The notes below the pieces were generated by a model. The model was not told the DNA's origin. It did not search any database and saw nothing but the letters and a program-made list of their open reading frames with translations. Source: Alphaproteobacteria bacterium (GTDB lineage Bacteria; Pseudomonadota; Alphaproteobacteria; JBMOFM01). Taken from it: a stretch of DNA of 64,000 bases. The translations under genes were made by a program, and so were the position numbers. How positions within the stretch are numbered: the stretch's first letter is position 1; the number at the start of each line of letters is the position of its first letter. The stretch lies in NCBI GenBank assembly GCA_049318825.1, contig JBMOFM010000001.1:228-64227 (forward strand), in the 5' to 3' direction. This document shows, one piece after another, positions 1 to 9,877 of this stretch.

Positions 1-425
1 TAACTTTCCTTTTTCTTAAAGGCTGTGGCATTTTATTGTAATAACTGCATTTTCAGCCTGTTTATTTCTGAGCCAGCCGATTGTAAAAAAACTTCCAAGC
101 GAAGAAAATATTGTGGGTGAAATTGTGGGTAGAGATTTTTTCAAAAATAAAAAACCTATACAATATAAGGCTTGTAGAGATAATGATGGATGAGACCCAC
201 TCCGCCATTATAATTCTTGTTTTAATGCAATAGGTTGTAATTTCTTTGAAAACCAAGCGTTTCTGGGGCATTGCGCGATTATAAACCTTAGTAAATCACC
301 CAGAGAGAGTAGTTCATCAGAGAGAAATCCACGCCAATAAGCGCAGATTCTCCGTTTGCCAATTGCGTGGTGAGGTTAAATAAGGCCGAGGGCTTTACGT
401 TGCTCTTGCCATTTGGTGGCCACGA

Positions 426-749
426 TCATCGAATAGTCTTCCCGTCAACATCCTTGGCAATCGTGTCCTTATCGAAGGCAAAAAAGTTGTGGAAATTCGT
501 CTTATCAAGATATTTCGTTTCAACAGATAACTCTGGTTTTGTGATATTCAATTTTGCATCACTCGCCATCACAAATCCCCACTCTCCAAAAGACGGTACA
601 TTTGCATGATAGGGATAGAGGTTTGCAAAACCTGCTGCCTGAACGGTTTTAGCGATACTCCAATAGGCACGAGGAGCAAAATAAAGGCTTGTCGATTGTG
701 TTACAAATATTCCGCCAGCCCCCAGATTATCTTTAATAATATGATAAAA
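426..749 (-). pseudogene. 3' fragment (107 codons plus stop) of a spermidine synthase-family (polyamine aminopropyltransferase) gene; no start codon
   Basis: The minus-strand translation FYHIIKDNLGAGGIFVTQSTSLYFAPRAYWSIAKTVQAAGFANLYPYHANVPSFGEWGFVMASD... matches the conserved C-terminal block of SpeE-like enzymes. The frame is closed by TAA at 750-752, 17 nt from the hipA stop. Confidence 0.7.
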
Positions 750-768
750 TTATTTGCTGTATATCAGC

Positions 769-2052
769 TTACTCGTTGCTCTGGAAGTTGGTCATCCTTT
801 GATGATTCGTAGCAATCACTGCCATGATCTTTTCGTACACGGGTGACGCCGTTTCGGGGTTGCCATTCAGTTTGCCAAAAAGCGAGGTGGCGGCTTTGGC
901 GACATTGTTATTGATGGTCACAATCTGCCGCCGGACAAAGTCTGGACGGAAGCCAAGAGCTTCCCCTAATTTTCCCCAGTGGCGGATGCCCACCTCTTTG
1001 AACTTATATTTGCCGCCGATTTTCATGGCCATTTTTGCTTTAAACGCATCGCTGTAGATGAGCGTGCAAAGCAGATCATAAAATGGCGCGAGGGATTCCG
1101 ACTCCCCCTGGTAGAGGATTGAAAAGTTCTTGCCATGGGCATCGCCATTGCCGATCAGGTAATTGAAGATGACACCTTGCAGCAATGTGATTTTGTTTTT
1201 ACCGGCCATTGCGCCTGAGGCAATGCGAGCATCCAGTAATGCAAAGCATTGTTCCAGCGTGGGGCCGCCCTCATTTTCGTATTTGATTTCCGGCGCGATG
1301 TGCATGGCCTGACAGAAATCTTCCTGATGCAGGCGATGGACAATACCGGAAGCATCGCTCTGGCGATCATAGCGTGCGACCAGATAATACGGCTTGCCCT
1401 TGATCCACAAAATGCTGGTTTCCGGCGCAGGAAGGCCAATTGTGCTGGCAAGCTGCATGCAGAAAAATTCGTTAAACACGGAGGTTTCCAGCCCCTGAAT
1501 CGGGGGCTTGATGATATGGGTGGAAGCTGTACTGCCAGTGGGAATGGCGATTTGCCCTTGTGCATCAAAGGCAATCATCAGCTTGTTCTGAGCGCCAGCG
1601 CCGGAGATACGTACGTCTTCCTCGCCAGCAAGCATCGGACGCTTTTCGAGCGAGGCCAGCACTGCGTCGGCCTCCGCTTCGCTTAATGTGCGATAGGTTG
1701 GCTCTGCTTGCGAATGCGGCGTGATGCCTTCAGAATAAAGTGAGATGGCTCCCGCACATTCGCCGCCGATGGCCTTCAGTAGCGCGAAGGTGTTTCGCTC
1801 CGAGATGCTTAAGTACCGCGCCAGCCGCGCACGCACGCCTTCATCGGGCAGCAGGCCGGAAAAGAAAGGAGCGGCAATGCCATGGCCAAATGCCTCCGGC
1901 TGCAGTGGCATGGAGGCAGATAATTTCCTAGCGTTCGCGCTTTGCAAATAGTCGGCATCGTAAGCAAAAGTCAGCTCGGCATTGGTTGAGGTGAGCTTGC
2001 CTGCGAGCTGGCCTTGCAGATAAACATCGAGAATGTGCCCAGTGTCGGCCAT
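769..2052 (-). CDS. hipA: HipA-family serine/threonine kinase toxin (type II TA)
   Basis: 427 aa. N-terminal HipA coupling region (LDVYLQGQLAGKL) and catalytic block LIGNGDAHGKNFSILY. A small XRE gene lies 3 nt upstream. Confidence 0.9.
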   Translation of the reverse strand: MADTGHILDVYLQGQLAGKLTSTNAELTFAYDADYLQSANARKLSASMPLQPEAFGHGIAAPFFSGLLPDEGVRARLARYLSISERNTFALLKAIGGECAGAISLYSEGITPHSQAEPTYRTLSEAEADAVLASLEKRPMLAGEEDVRISGAGAQNKLMIAFDAQGQIAIPTGSTASTHIIKPPIQGLETSVFNEFFCMQLASTIGLPAPETSILWIKGKPYYLVARYDRQSDASGIVHRLHQEDFCQAMHIAPEIKYENEGGPTLEQCFALLDARIASGAMAGKNKITLLQGVIFNYLIGNGDAHGKNFSILYQGESESLAPFYDLLCTLIYSDAFKAKMAMKIGGKYKFKEVGIRHWGKLGEALGFRPDFVRRQIVTINNNVAKAATSLFGKLNGNPETASPVYEKIMAVIATNHQRMTNFQSNE

Positions 2053-2055
2053 AGG

Positions 2056-2280
2056 TTACGCCACCCACTTATGGTTGGCGGAAAGAGAGATACCAAGGCT
2101 CTTCAACACATGCAGAGTTTTACCGAGTTGGGCAGTTTCCTTGCCACTTTCCAACTCGCTGATGAAGCGACGGCCTGTGCCAGTTAGCCCTGCCAGATCG
2201 TCCTGACTTAGTTTTTGCGCCTTACGCGCTGCCTGCACGATTTTGCCGAGATCTGCAGTGGTGTGGATGTTGCCGTCCAT
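2056..2280 (-). CDS. hipB: HipB-like XRE-family HTH antitoxin
   Basis: HTH segment LSQDDLAGLTGTGRRFISELESGKE. I prefer the ATG at 2280 (AAGAGG Shine-Dalgarno 6 nt upstream) over the ORF-track start at 2310, which lies inside operator copy 1. Confidence 0.8.
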   Translation of the reverse strand: MDGNIHTTADLGKIVQAARKAQKLSQDDLAGLTGTGRRFISELESGKETAQLGKTLHVLKSLGISLSANHKWVA

Positions 2281-2294
2281 AAAATGCCTCTTGT

Positions 2295-2407
2295 TACCGT
2301 TCGGTAGCATTGTAGCATAGTTTAAGCATAAAACAATAGAAATGTTACCGTTCGGTAGCAGATAGCCAATTCCGCCTAGAAAACAGGCTGTTTGCTCCCG
2401 TTCGGTA
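2295..2407. promoter_or_regulatory. Three phased copies of a palindromic operator, TACCG-TT-CGGTA(GCA), upstream of hipBA
   Basis: GTTACCGTTCGGTAGCA at 2293-2309 and 2344-2360. A degenerate CTCCCGTTCGGTAGCA at 2395-2410. Spacing is 51 and 50 bp. A TACAAT -10-like hexamer (minus strand, 2309-2314) abuts copy 1. Confidence 0.65.
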
Positions 2408-2706
2408 GCAGAAAGGATGTATTATGGCGTTCAATATCTCCATCCAACATGACCTGAATAAGCTAAAGCGCGGCCTTACTGCGCTGGAGCTGCAGGCGCT
2501 GCCACCAACCACCGTTTGTAATTTATTTCTCACCAACTATTGGTAGATAAGTAACTTCCTGTAGTTTTGTGATTTTTTATTTTGTATTGGCTATAGCTAT
2601 AAAAATAGGTGATTTTTACAGATGGATAGGGCGGGGGCTAAGCTTATTGGTTTGCTTATTGAAAATCTTAGTTGAAATTCAATTTGGTTTATCTATGATA
2701 CAATTC

Positions 2707-3030
2707 ATGAAAAAAGTTATTCTTTTACTCTTTATTGCCTTTTCAATTCTTGTTGCGCCTGTTGCACACGCCTCTGGCATGGATTGTGAAGGAAATAATT
2801 GTCAGCTATCTGAACAAATCAAGAAGCATGGTATAAGCGAAAAACAACAGGATAACGATAAAATAGCAAATGCAGATCATCATTGCTGCTGCCCACATCT
2901 ATGTTCTGTACCAGATTTGGCCGTAGTAAAGCCAATCACTGCTTCAATCCAGACCAGATTTGCTTATGAGCAAAACATGCTGGCATCCTTTGTGGTTGGA
3001 CCGCCACTTAAACCCCCCGCACACGCTTAA
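2707..3030 (+). CDS. Small exported His/Cys-rich protein preceding the czc operon (CzcI-like position)
   Basis: Signal peptide MKKVILLLFIAFSILVAPVAHA and motif DHHCCCPHLC. It lies 100 nt upstream of the outer-membrane factor gene. The start is chosen at the ATG before the signal peptide. Confidence 0.6.
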   Translation: MKKVILLLFIAFSILVAPVAHASGMDCEGNNCQLSEQIKKHGISEKQQDNDKIANADHHCCCPHLCSVPDLAVVKPITASIQTRFAYEQNMLASFVVGPPLKPPAHA

Positions 3031-3129
3031 TTCTACAAGGCAGGCTTGCGCATGAAACAGTGCCTTTAAGGCATCTGCGATGGCGCATGTCATATCACTA
3101 TTGTTTCAAGAATTTAGCGGTAAAAATTT

Positions 3130-4467
3130 ATGTATCACAAAAAATTGTTGTGGCTGCTATCTGCAACCATTCTATTCGCTCAACCTGCATTTGCCGAAAA
3201 AGCAGTTAATAAAGCCAGAACCGATGCTAAATCTGCGGCAGCCATTGCCGTGGAGCCAACAAAAACAAACAAATTTACACTTGATGATGCGATTGCTAGG
3301 GCAGTGAGCGGATCACCGCGCCTGAAAGCGTTTACCAGCAATGTTGCTGCCGCAAAGGGTGAGCAGCTTCAAGCAGGTGCATGGGCAAATCCAGAAATAA
3401 GCCTTGAGGCCGAGAATATAGCAGGAAATGGTGCGTATAAAGGCTTTGATTCCGCAGAAGTGACCTATGGGTTAAGCCAAGAATTCTCAATTGGTGGCAA
3501 GATTGCAGCACGCGAGCATATTGCAGATAAAGGGCTGGAAATTGCCGCGCTTGATGAACAGGCTGCAATGCTTGATGTTATTCGCGATGTGACCACGGCT
3601 TACATTGATGCGGTAGCGGCAGAAGAAAATGTGCGCCTTGCTAGCGAACAGAAAGAACTGGCGGTTGATGTACTGAAATCGGTGAGCCTGCGTGTTGGGG
3701 CTGCCGCCGCGCCGCTGATTCAAAAAAGCCGCGCTGAAGTGGAAAACTTCACCGCCACCATTGCACTTGATAAGGCTAGCCGAGAGCGCGATATTGCCCG
3801 CAAGAAACTTGCAGCATTAATGGGCGAAGACCGCTTCACGCTGAGGCTTGATAGTACCGCTTTTTATGCCATCAACAAACCAGAGCTTGCGGCAATGGAA
3901 GAAAAGCTGAAAGCAACCCCCGATTTGGTGAAGCTGAATAGCAGCTTGGAACAAGCGAAGGCACGGCTTGATTTAGAACGGGCTAATGCCATCCCTGATC
4001 CGCGCTTGAATGTTGGCGTGCGTGATTTCAGAGGTACTGGCGATCAGGCATTGATGGTGGGCATATCGTTACCCATTCCTGTACTAGATGCTAACCAAGG
4101 CAATATTGAGAAAGCACGCCACGAGTTGATGCGTGCCGAGATGGATAACCGCCAGCTAATCCTAAATGCCAGCGCAGAGCTGATGCAGGCGCATCAGCGT
4201 ATGGAAAACACCTATATGCAGGCGCAAACACTTAAAACTGAAATTCTGCCTTCTGCCAATAAAGCTTTTGAGCTGGCTCGTGAGGGGTATGGGCTTGGCC
4301 GCTTTCCTTACCTTGAAGTATTGGATGCGCAGCGCAGCCTGTTCGCGGTTAAGCAACAGCAAATTGAGGCTATACGCGAATTTCACACAGCCAAGGCCCA
4401 GCTTGAGCGCCTGACCGCTACCCGCCTTGGAGCACTACAAAAAGCAGGAGAGCCACATGCTCAATAA
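3130..4467 (+). CDS. czcC: Outer-membrane efflux factor, TolC/CzcC family
   Basis: 445 aa with a signal peptide ending FAQPAFA. Two-repeat OEP-like coiled architecture. First gene of a C-B-A efflux operon. Confidence 0.85.
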   Translation: MYHKKLLWLLSATILFAQPAFAEKAVNKARTDAKSAAAIAVEPTKTNKFTLDDAIARAVSGSPRLKAFTSNVAAAKGEQLQAGAWANPEISLEAENIAGNGAYKGFDSAEVTYGLSQEFSIGGKIAAREHIADKGLEIAALDEQAAMLDVIRDVTTAYIDAVAAEENVRLASEQKELAVDVLKSVSLRVGAAAAPLIQKSRAEVENFTATIALDKASRERDIARKKLAALMGEDRFTLRLDSTAFYAINKPELAAMEEKLKATPDLVKLNSSLEQAKARLDLERANAIPDPRLNVGVRDFRGTGDQALMVGISLPIPVLDANQGNIEKARHELMRAEMDNRQLILNASAELMQAHQRMENTYMQAQTLKTEILPSANKAFELAREGYGLGRFPYLEVLDAQRSLFAVKQQQIEAIREFHTAKAQLERLTATRLGALQKAGEPHAQ

Positions 4468-5461
4468 GCGCAATCTTATTATTTTAACACTGATGTTGAC
4501 AATTGCTGGCGGCGCATACGTTACGCTGAGCCATGATTACACTAATAAGCACGAACATGGCGATGAGCATAAGGATGAACATGCCGAAAACGGTGCGCAT
4601 GAGCATGGTGATAAACACGCTCACGATGAAGAGAGCGATCATGCAGAAGAAAGCAGGATCAGCGATCATGCGATTAAGAATTTGAATATTGAGATTCTTG
4701 AAGTGGGCTCTGCGCGGGTAGCGGAAACATTGAGCGTTAGTGGCCGCGTTACCCTTAACCAAAATACCACGGCACAGGTAAAAGGCCGTTTCCCCGGGGT
4801 TATTCGCAGCGTACTTAAAGAACCCGGTGAAGTGGTAAAGGCTGGTGATACGCTGGCAACCGTTGAAAGCAATGATAGTCTGCAAGTTTATGCGGTAAAA
4901 TCCCCCATTTCTGGTACGATTATTAACCGTAATGCCAATATGGGCGAAATAGCAGGGGATACGCCGCTATTCGTGGTGGCTGATTTAAGCAAGCTATGGG
5001 CGGAATTATTCATTTTTTCCAAAGATGGCGAGAAGCTAAAAGCTGGCCAGAAGGTTCGCATCCAGTGCCTTGATGATCCGGTGAATACCGATTCTACCAT
5101 TGCGCTGGTGCTGCCAATGGCTGAAGCTTCCAGCCAGACCTTAGTGGCGCGTGCCGTGATCAAGAATGCCGAAAATCACTGGCGTTCGGGCATGAATATT
5201 CGTGCTGATGTGGTGTTGACCGAAAAGGAAGTCCCTCTTGCGGTGAAGACCGAAGCCATCCAGCGTATGGAAGGCAATAATGTGGTGTTTGTCCAAGAAG
5301 AAGGCGGCATTTACAAGGCTTATCCTGTGGAAATTGGTATGGGTGATTCTCTGTGGACGGAAATTAAAAGCGGCCTGAATGCAGGGCAACGCTATGTTGC
5401 TAAAAACAGCTTCGTGGTGAAAGCCGATATCGGCAAAGCCGGTGCGGAACATGAGCATTAG
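4457..5461 (+). CDS. czcB: RND membrane-fusion (periplasmic adaptor) protein with His/Asp/Glu-rich N-terminal region
   Basis: HEHGDEHKDEHAENGAHEHGDKHAHDEESDH tract after the TM anchor. HlyD-like lipoyl/beta-barrel body. ATG at 4457 with AGGAG upstream, overlapping the czcC stop. Confidence 0.85.
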   Translation: MLNKRNLIILTLMLTIAGGAYVTLSHDYTNKHEHGDEHKDEHAENGAHEHGDKHAHDEESDHAEESRISDHAIKNLNIEILEVGSARVAETLSVSGRVTLNQNTTAQVKGRFPGVIRSVLKEPGEVVKAGDTLATVESNDSLQVYAVKSPISGTIINRNANMGEIAGDTPLFVVADLSKLWAELFIFSKDGEKLKAGQKVRIQCLDDPVNTDSTIALVLPMAEASSQTLVARAVIKNAENHWRSGMNIRADVVLTEKEVPLAVKTEAIQRMEGNNVVFVQEEGGIYKAYPVEIGMGDSLWTEIKSGLNAGQRYVAKNSFVVKADIGKAGAEHEH

Positions 5462-5479
5462 AAACCAAGAGGCATCATC

Positions 5480-8400
5480 ATGATTGAACGTATTTTAGGG
5501 TTTTCCCTTCATCACCGATATTTGATCGCGCTGCTGACAGCGGCGGTTGCTGTATTTGGTATTTATTCACTGAAAAACCTGCCGATTGATGCCGTGCCAG
5601 ACATCACCAATAATCAAGTGCAAATTAACACTTCGGCCACCGCGTTTTCACCGATGGAAGTGGAAAAGCAGGTGACATTCCCTGTGGAAACTGCGCTAGC
5701 GGGGATTCTAGGGCTTGAATACACACGCTCGATTTCGCGCAACGGATTTAGCCAAGTGACGGCTGTATTCCACGATGACGTGGATATTTATTTCGCACGC
5801 TCCCAAGTAAACGAGCGCATTGCTGAGGCCAAAGAAAGCCTTCCTGAAGGCGTCATTCCGAAAATGGGTGCTATCAGTACTGGTCTTGGTGAGATTTACA
5901 TGTGGACGGTGGAATATGAACACCCGCAAGGCCAAGGCGCGGAAATTAAAGACGGCAAGGCTGGTTGGCAATCCGATGGCAGTTACTTAACGCCCGAAGG
6001 TCAGCGGCTTAAAACGAATCTTGAACAGGCTTCTTATCTTCGCACCGTTCAAGATTGGATTATCCGCCCGCAGCTGAAAAGCGTAAAGGGCGTGGCCGGC
6101 GTTGATGCCATTGGCGGCTATGTGAAGCAATATCATGTGCAGCCTAACCCTGAAAAGCTGGTAGCACTTGGCCTGAGTTTTTTGGATGTGGTGAATGTAT
6201 TAGAACGCAATAATAGCAGCATTGGTGCAGGTTATATTGAGCGTAGCGGTGAAGCCTATGTGGTGCGTGCCGATGGACGCATCGAAAATACTGAACAGAT
6301 CGGCAATATCGTGGTGGCCAACCGTGGGGGCATCAGCATTTACTTGAAGGATATTGCGACGGTGGGTATTGGCAAAGAGCTGCGCACCGGCTCTGCTTCA
6401 GAAAATGGCAATGAGGTAGTGGTTGGCACAGCCTTGATGCTGATCGGTGAGAACAGCCGCACCGTATCGCAAGCGGTGGATGAAAAAATCACTGAGATTA
6501 ACAAATCACTGCCTGAGGGTATCCATGCCAAAACCGTGTTGAACCGTACCAAGCTGGTGGAGCGTACAATCAGTACAGTACAGACCAACCTCACCGAAGG
6601 GGCATTGCTTGTTATCGTAATCCTGTTTTTATTATTGGGTAATTTCCGTGCGGCGCTCATCACCGCGCTGGTTATTCCGCTTTCGATGTTGATGACCAGC
6701 ATGGGGATGATCCGCGCTGGTATCAGCGGCAATCTCATGAGCCTTGGGGCGCTTGATTTCGGACTGATTGTGGATGGCGCAGTGATTATCACCGAGAACT
6801 GTTTGCGACGCTTGGCAGAGCGTCAACATCACGAAGGGCGCATATTATTGCTGCGAGAGCGGTTGCACGAGGTGATGGTTGCCAGCCGCGAGATGATTCA
6901 GCCTACCGTGTTCGGGCAAGCGATTATCATCATGGTTTATGTACCGCTGCTGACGTTCAGCGGCGTGGAAGGCAAGATGTTTGAGCCAATGGCAATGACG
7001 GTGATTTTCGCATTGATTGCCGCGTTCATTCTGTCGCTGACCTTTGTGCCTGCGATGCTGGCCATCTTTGTGAAGGGTAAGGTCGTAGAAAAGGAAAGTC
7101 GGATTGTTTATCAAGCCAAGGGCTGTTATGAACCTGCGCTTCATTGGGCATTGCGTGCACCGCTTACAATCATTGGTATGGCTGCGGGTGGCTTTGTTTT
7201 TTCGCTTGTGCTGTTTTCTAGCATGGGGCAGGAATTCATTCCCACGCTGGATGAAAAAGATATAGCAATGCATGCAATGCGGATTCCTTCTACCTCACTC
7301 ACCCAATCGCAGGAGTTACAATTTGCTGTAGAAAAAGCCGTGAGCACCGTTTCCGAAGTGGCGTTTGTCTATGCAAAAACTGGAACGGCAGAAATGGCTT
7401 CTGACCCGATGCCGCTGAACGTATCGGATACATTCATTATCCTGAAAGACAAAGATCAGTGGCCAGATCCCAGCATTTCTAAAGATGAGGTGCTAAGCAA
7501 AATCAGTAAAGCGGTGTCGGATGTTCCGGGGAATAATTATGAATTCACCCAGCCGATCCAGATGCGCTTTAACGAGCTGATTTCGGGTGTGCGCTCTGAT
7601 GTTGCCGTGAAGATTTATGGTGACGATTTTGCCGTGATGGAAAAAACCGCCTCGCAATTGGTGCAAACGCTTAAAACGGTTGACGGATCTGCGGATGTGA
7701 AGATGGAGCAAACCAGCGGCCTGCCTATGTTGGAAGTGAAGCTGGATAAACACGCTATTGCCCGTTACGGCCTGAATGTTAGCGAAGTGCTTGATGTGCT
7801 ATCCATCGCTGTGGGTGGCCGCGAAGCGGGGAGGGTGTTTGAAGGAGATCGCCGCTTTGATATTCTGGTGCGTTTGCCAGATACCATGCGGCAAGACCTG
7901 GGCGTGCTTGAAAACCTGCCTATCCTGCTGCCTGCTGATGATGACAATCTTATTAGTGTTTCTGGAGCAGACCGCATCGGTGGCCAGCCACCGTTTTTTA
8001 GTGGGGCTGGACGCCCAGCTTATATTCCACTGAAACAAGTGGCAAAGCTGGAAATCACCGATGGGCTAAACCAGATCAGCCGCGAAAATGGCAAACGCCG
8101 CATGGTTGTACAGGCTAATGTACGCGGGCGCGATATCGGCTCTTTTGTGAAAGAAGCGCAAGGCTTGATCGAAAGAAAAGTAAAAATCCCTGCGGGTTAC
8201 TGGCTGGAATGGGGTGGACAGTTCAAGAATCTTGAGGAAGCTAAAGCAAGATTGAGCGTGGTTGTACCTGCCTGCTTCTTTATGATTTTCTTGGCTCTGT
8301 TCACCGCGCTTGGCTCGGTAAAGCAAGCCCTGTTGGTATTTTCAGGCGTGCCGCTGGCACTGACGGGCGGCATCATCACTCTATGGCTGCGCGGGATGCC

Positions 8401-8758
8401 GTTTTCTATCTCGGCGGCGGTTGGCTTAATCGCGCTTTCGGGTGTGGCGGTGCTTAATGGGCTGGTGATGATTACGCGCATCAACCAACTGATCCGTGAA
8501 GGCATCGAGACACACACAGCCATTGTTGAAGGTGCTTTATCACGCTTTCGTCCTGTGCTGATGACTGCATTGGTTGCCTCCTTGGGATTCGTGCCAATGG
8601 CAATTGCCACGGGTGCAGGCGCGGAAGTACAAAAACCACTGGCAACAGTGGTGATTGGTGGTCTGATCACCGCAACCATCCTCACCTTGCTGGTGCTGCC
8701 TACAATGTATAAAAGATTCAACCTCGCCCGCGACCTGCTGGCAAAGGAGGAACTATAA
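5480..8758 (+). CDS. czcA: Heavy-metal efflux RND pump, CzcA/HME family
   Basis: 1092 aa. N-terminus MIERILGFSL..LPIDAVPDITNNQVQINT is typical of the CzcA type. 12-TM RND layout. Confidence 0.92.
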   Translation: MIERILGFSLHHRYLIALLTAAVAVFGIYSLKNLPIDAVPDITNNQVQINTSATAFSPMEVEKQVTFPVETALAGILGLEYTRSISRNGFSQVTAVFHDDVDIYFARSQVNERIAEAKESLPEGVIPKMGAISTGLGEIYMWTVEYEHPQGQGAEIKDGKAGWQSDGSYLTPEGQRLKTNLEQASYLRTVQDWIIRPQLKSVKGVAGVDAIGGYVKQYHVQPNPEKLVALGLSFLDVVNVLERNNSSIGAGYIERSGEAYVVRADGRIENTEQIGNIVVANRGGISIYLKDIATVGIGKELRTGSASENGNEVVVGTALMLIGENSRTVSQAVDEKITEINKSLPEGIHAKTVLNRTKLVERTISTVQTNLTEGALLVIVILFLLLGNFRAALITALVIPLSMLMTSMGMIRAGISGNLMSLGALDFGLIVDGAVIITENCLRRLAERQHHEGRILLLRERLHEVMVASREMIQPTVFGQAIIIMVYVPLLTFSGVEGKMFEPMAMTVIFALIAAFILSLTFVPAMLAIFVKGKVVEKESRIVYQAKGCYEPALHWALRAPLTIIGMAAGGFVFSLVLFSSMGQEFIPTLDEKDIAMHAMRIPSTSLTQSQELQFAVEKAVSTVSEVAFVYAKTGTAEMASDPMPLNVSDTFIILKDKDQWPDPSISKDEVLSKISKAVSDVPGNNYEFTQPIQMRFNELISGVRSDVAVKIYGDDFAVMEKTASQLVQTLKTVDGSADVKMEQTSGLPMLEVKLDKHAIARYGLNVSEVLDVLSIAVGGREAGRVFEGDRRFDILVRLPDTMRQDLGVLENLPILLPADDDNLISVSGADRIGGQPPFFSGAGRPAYIPLKQVAKLEITDGLNQISRENGKRRMVVQANVRGRDIGSFVKEAQGLIERKVKIPAGYWLEWGGQFKNLEEAKARLSVVVPACFFMIFLALFTALGSVKQALLVFSGVPLALTGGIITLWLRGMPFSISAAVGLIALSGVAVLNGLVMITRINQLIREGIETHTAIVEGALSRFRPVLMTALVASLGFVPMAIATGAGAEVQKPLATVVIGGLITATILTLLVLPTMYKRFNLARDLLAKEEL

Positions 8759-9061
8759 TTTTATTATCAAACCTTAAAAGAGATTTCATGAGCAATAAGC
8801 AAAATGGGAAATATCAAGCCCATAAGGATAGGCTTCATCACGATCACGATAAAAAAATCTCGGAAATCCAATAAAAAAACATAAATGATTAGCGTGATCC
8901 TAACGGGTTTATCTGCTATTGCAACTTCATGCGTGTTTGAGTGATGATTGAGCGAGAGCAGGGTAAATATATCATTGAGGTTTAGAAAGTAGCTAACTTC
9001 CCAATAACTATTGGCAGAATACTCTTATCTTTTTTACAAAATAAGGGTTATATTCAGCGGC

Positions 9062-9832
9062 ATGACAGAATTGCTGCCCGCTTATTTCATTTCGCATGGT
9101 GCGCCCGATATTGTGTTGCGCAATACGCCCGCTGCACAGTTTCTGCGTGGGTTGAAATTGCCGCCAGCCAAGGCGATATTGGTAATTTCTGCTCATTGGA
9201 TGACCGAAGAACCAATGGTAACGGCGCACCCGCACCCTAGCACCATTCATGATTTTGGCGGTTTTCCTAAAGCATTGTACGATATGCAATATCCCGCAGT
9301 TGGGGATGCGCTGCTGGCGGCAGAAACGGTGAATCACCTTGCGCCGGCGTGGCCACTATCGGCATTGGATGCCAAGCGGGGCTTGGATCATGGCGCGTGG
9401 ATACCTCTTATTTTAGCGGAGCCGAAAGCAACCATTCCCGTATTGCAACTTTCTATTCAACCGCAGCGTGATGCACGGCATCATTATGAGGTGGGGAAGC
9501 GTTTGCGTGATTTGCGTGCGCAAGGGGTGATCATCATGGCTTCTGGTAATGCTACTCATAATTTGCGGGCGGTGTTTGGCCAGCGTTACGCCGAAACGCC
9601 CCCGCCAGTGCTGCGCTTTAATGATTGGCTGTATAGTGCAATGTTGGCGCGGGATGATGAAGAGCTGATGCGTTGGGAGCAAGCACCTGATGCGGCGTGG
9701 AACCACCCCACCAACGATCATTTTCTGCCATTATTCACCGTGTTAGGGGCAACGCTGGGCAATAAGGGTGCACAACGAGTTCACCATAGCATTGATTATT
9801 CAGTGCTTTCAATGGATGCGTACCAATTATAA
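9062..9832 (+). CDS. Class III extradiol dioxygenase, 4,5-DOPA dioxygenase (YgiD) family
   Basis: AYFISHGAPD, SAHW, IHDFGGFP, RGLDHGAWIPL and SGNATHNL blocks. Confidence 0.85.
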   Translation: MTELLPAYFISHGAPDIVLRNTPAAQFLRGLKLPPAKAILVISAHWMTEEPMVTAHPHPSTIHDFGGFPKALYDMQYPAVGDALLAAETVNHLAPAWPLSALDAKRGLDHGAWIPLILAEPKATIPVLQLSIQPQRDARHHYEVGKRLRDLRAQGVIIMASGNATHNLRAVFGQRYAETPPPVLRFNDWLYSAMLARDDEELMRWEQAPDAAWNHPTNDHFLPLFTVLGATLGNKGAQRVHHSIDYSVLSMDAYQL

Positions 9833-9877
9833 CCATTTTTTCTGTACTCGGGATGGCTTGGCTTAAAAAAGCCTGCA

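Noticed and set aside
111-133. Direct repeat ATTGTGGGT(N3)ATTGTGGGT, considered as DnaA-box-like
   Set aside because: It does not match TTATCCACA/TGTGGATAA well enough, and there is no other origin-like feature nearby.
62-812. ORF-track entries 62..271(-), 367..609(+) and 606..812(+)
   Set aside because: The products are low-complexity or unconvincing. The two + strand ORFs lie antisense to the clearly recognisable spermidine-synthase fragment, so I treat them as chance ORFs.
824-1951. Several 63-145 aa ORFs in other frames or on the other strand inside hipA
   Set aside because: They are shadow ORFs within a confidently identified gene.
2345-2546. 63-aa minus-strand ORF across the hipB operators, and a 40-codon + strand ORF (2424-2546, MAFNISIQHDL...)
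   Set aside because: There is no recognisable similarity. They overlap a regulatory repeat region and are too short to support.
5708-8721. Many antisense or alternative-frame ORFs (up to 174 aa) inside czcA
   Set aside because: They are typical shadow ORFs of a long, relatively GC-richer gene, and none has a domain signature.
8788-8874. 28-codon ORF MSNKQNGKYQAHKDRLHHDHDKKISEIQ just after czcA
   Set aside because: Its His-rich content is tempting in a metal context. It is too short, has no clear Shine-Dalgarno, and I have no way to test conservation here.
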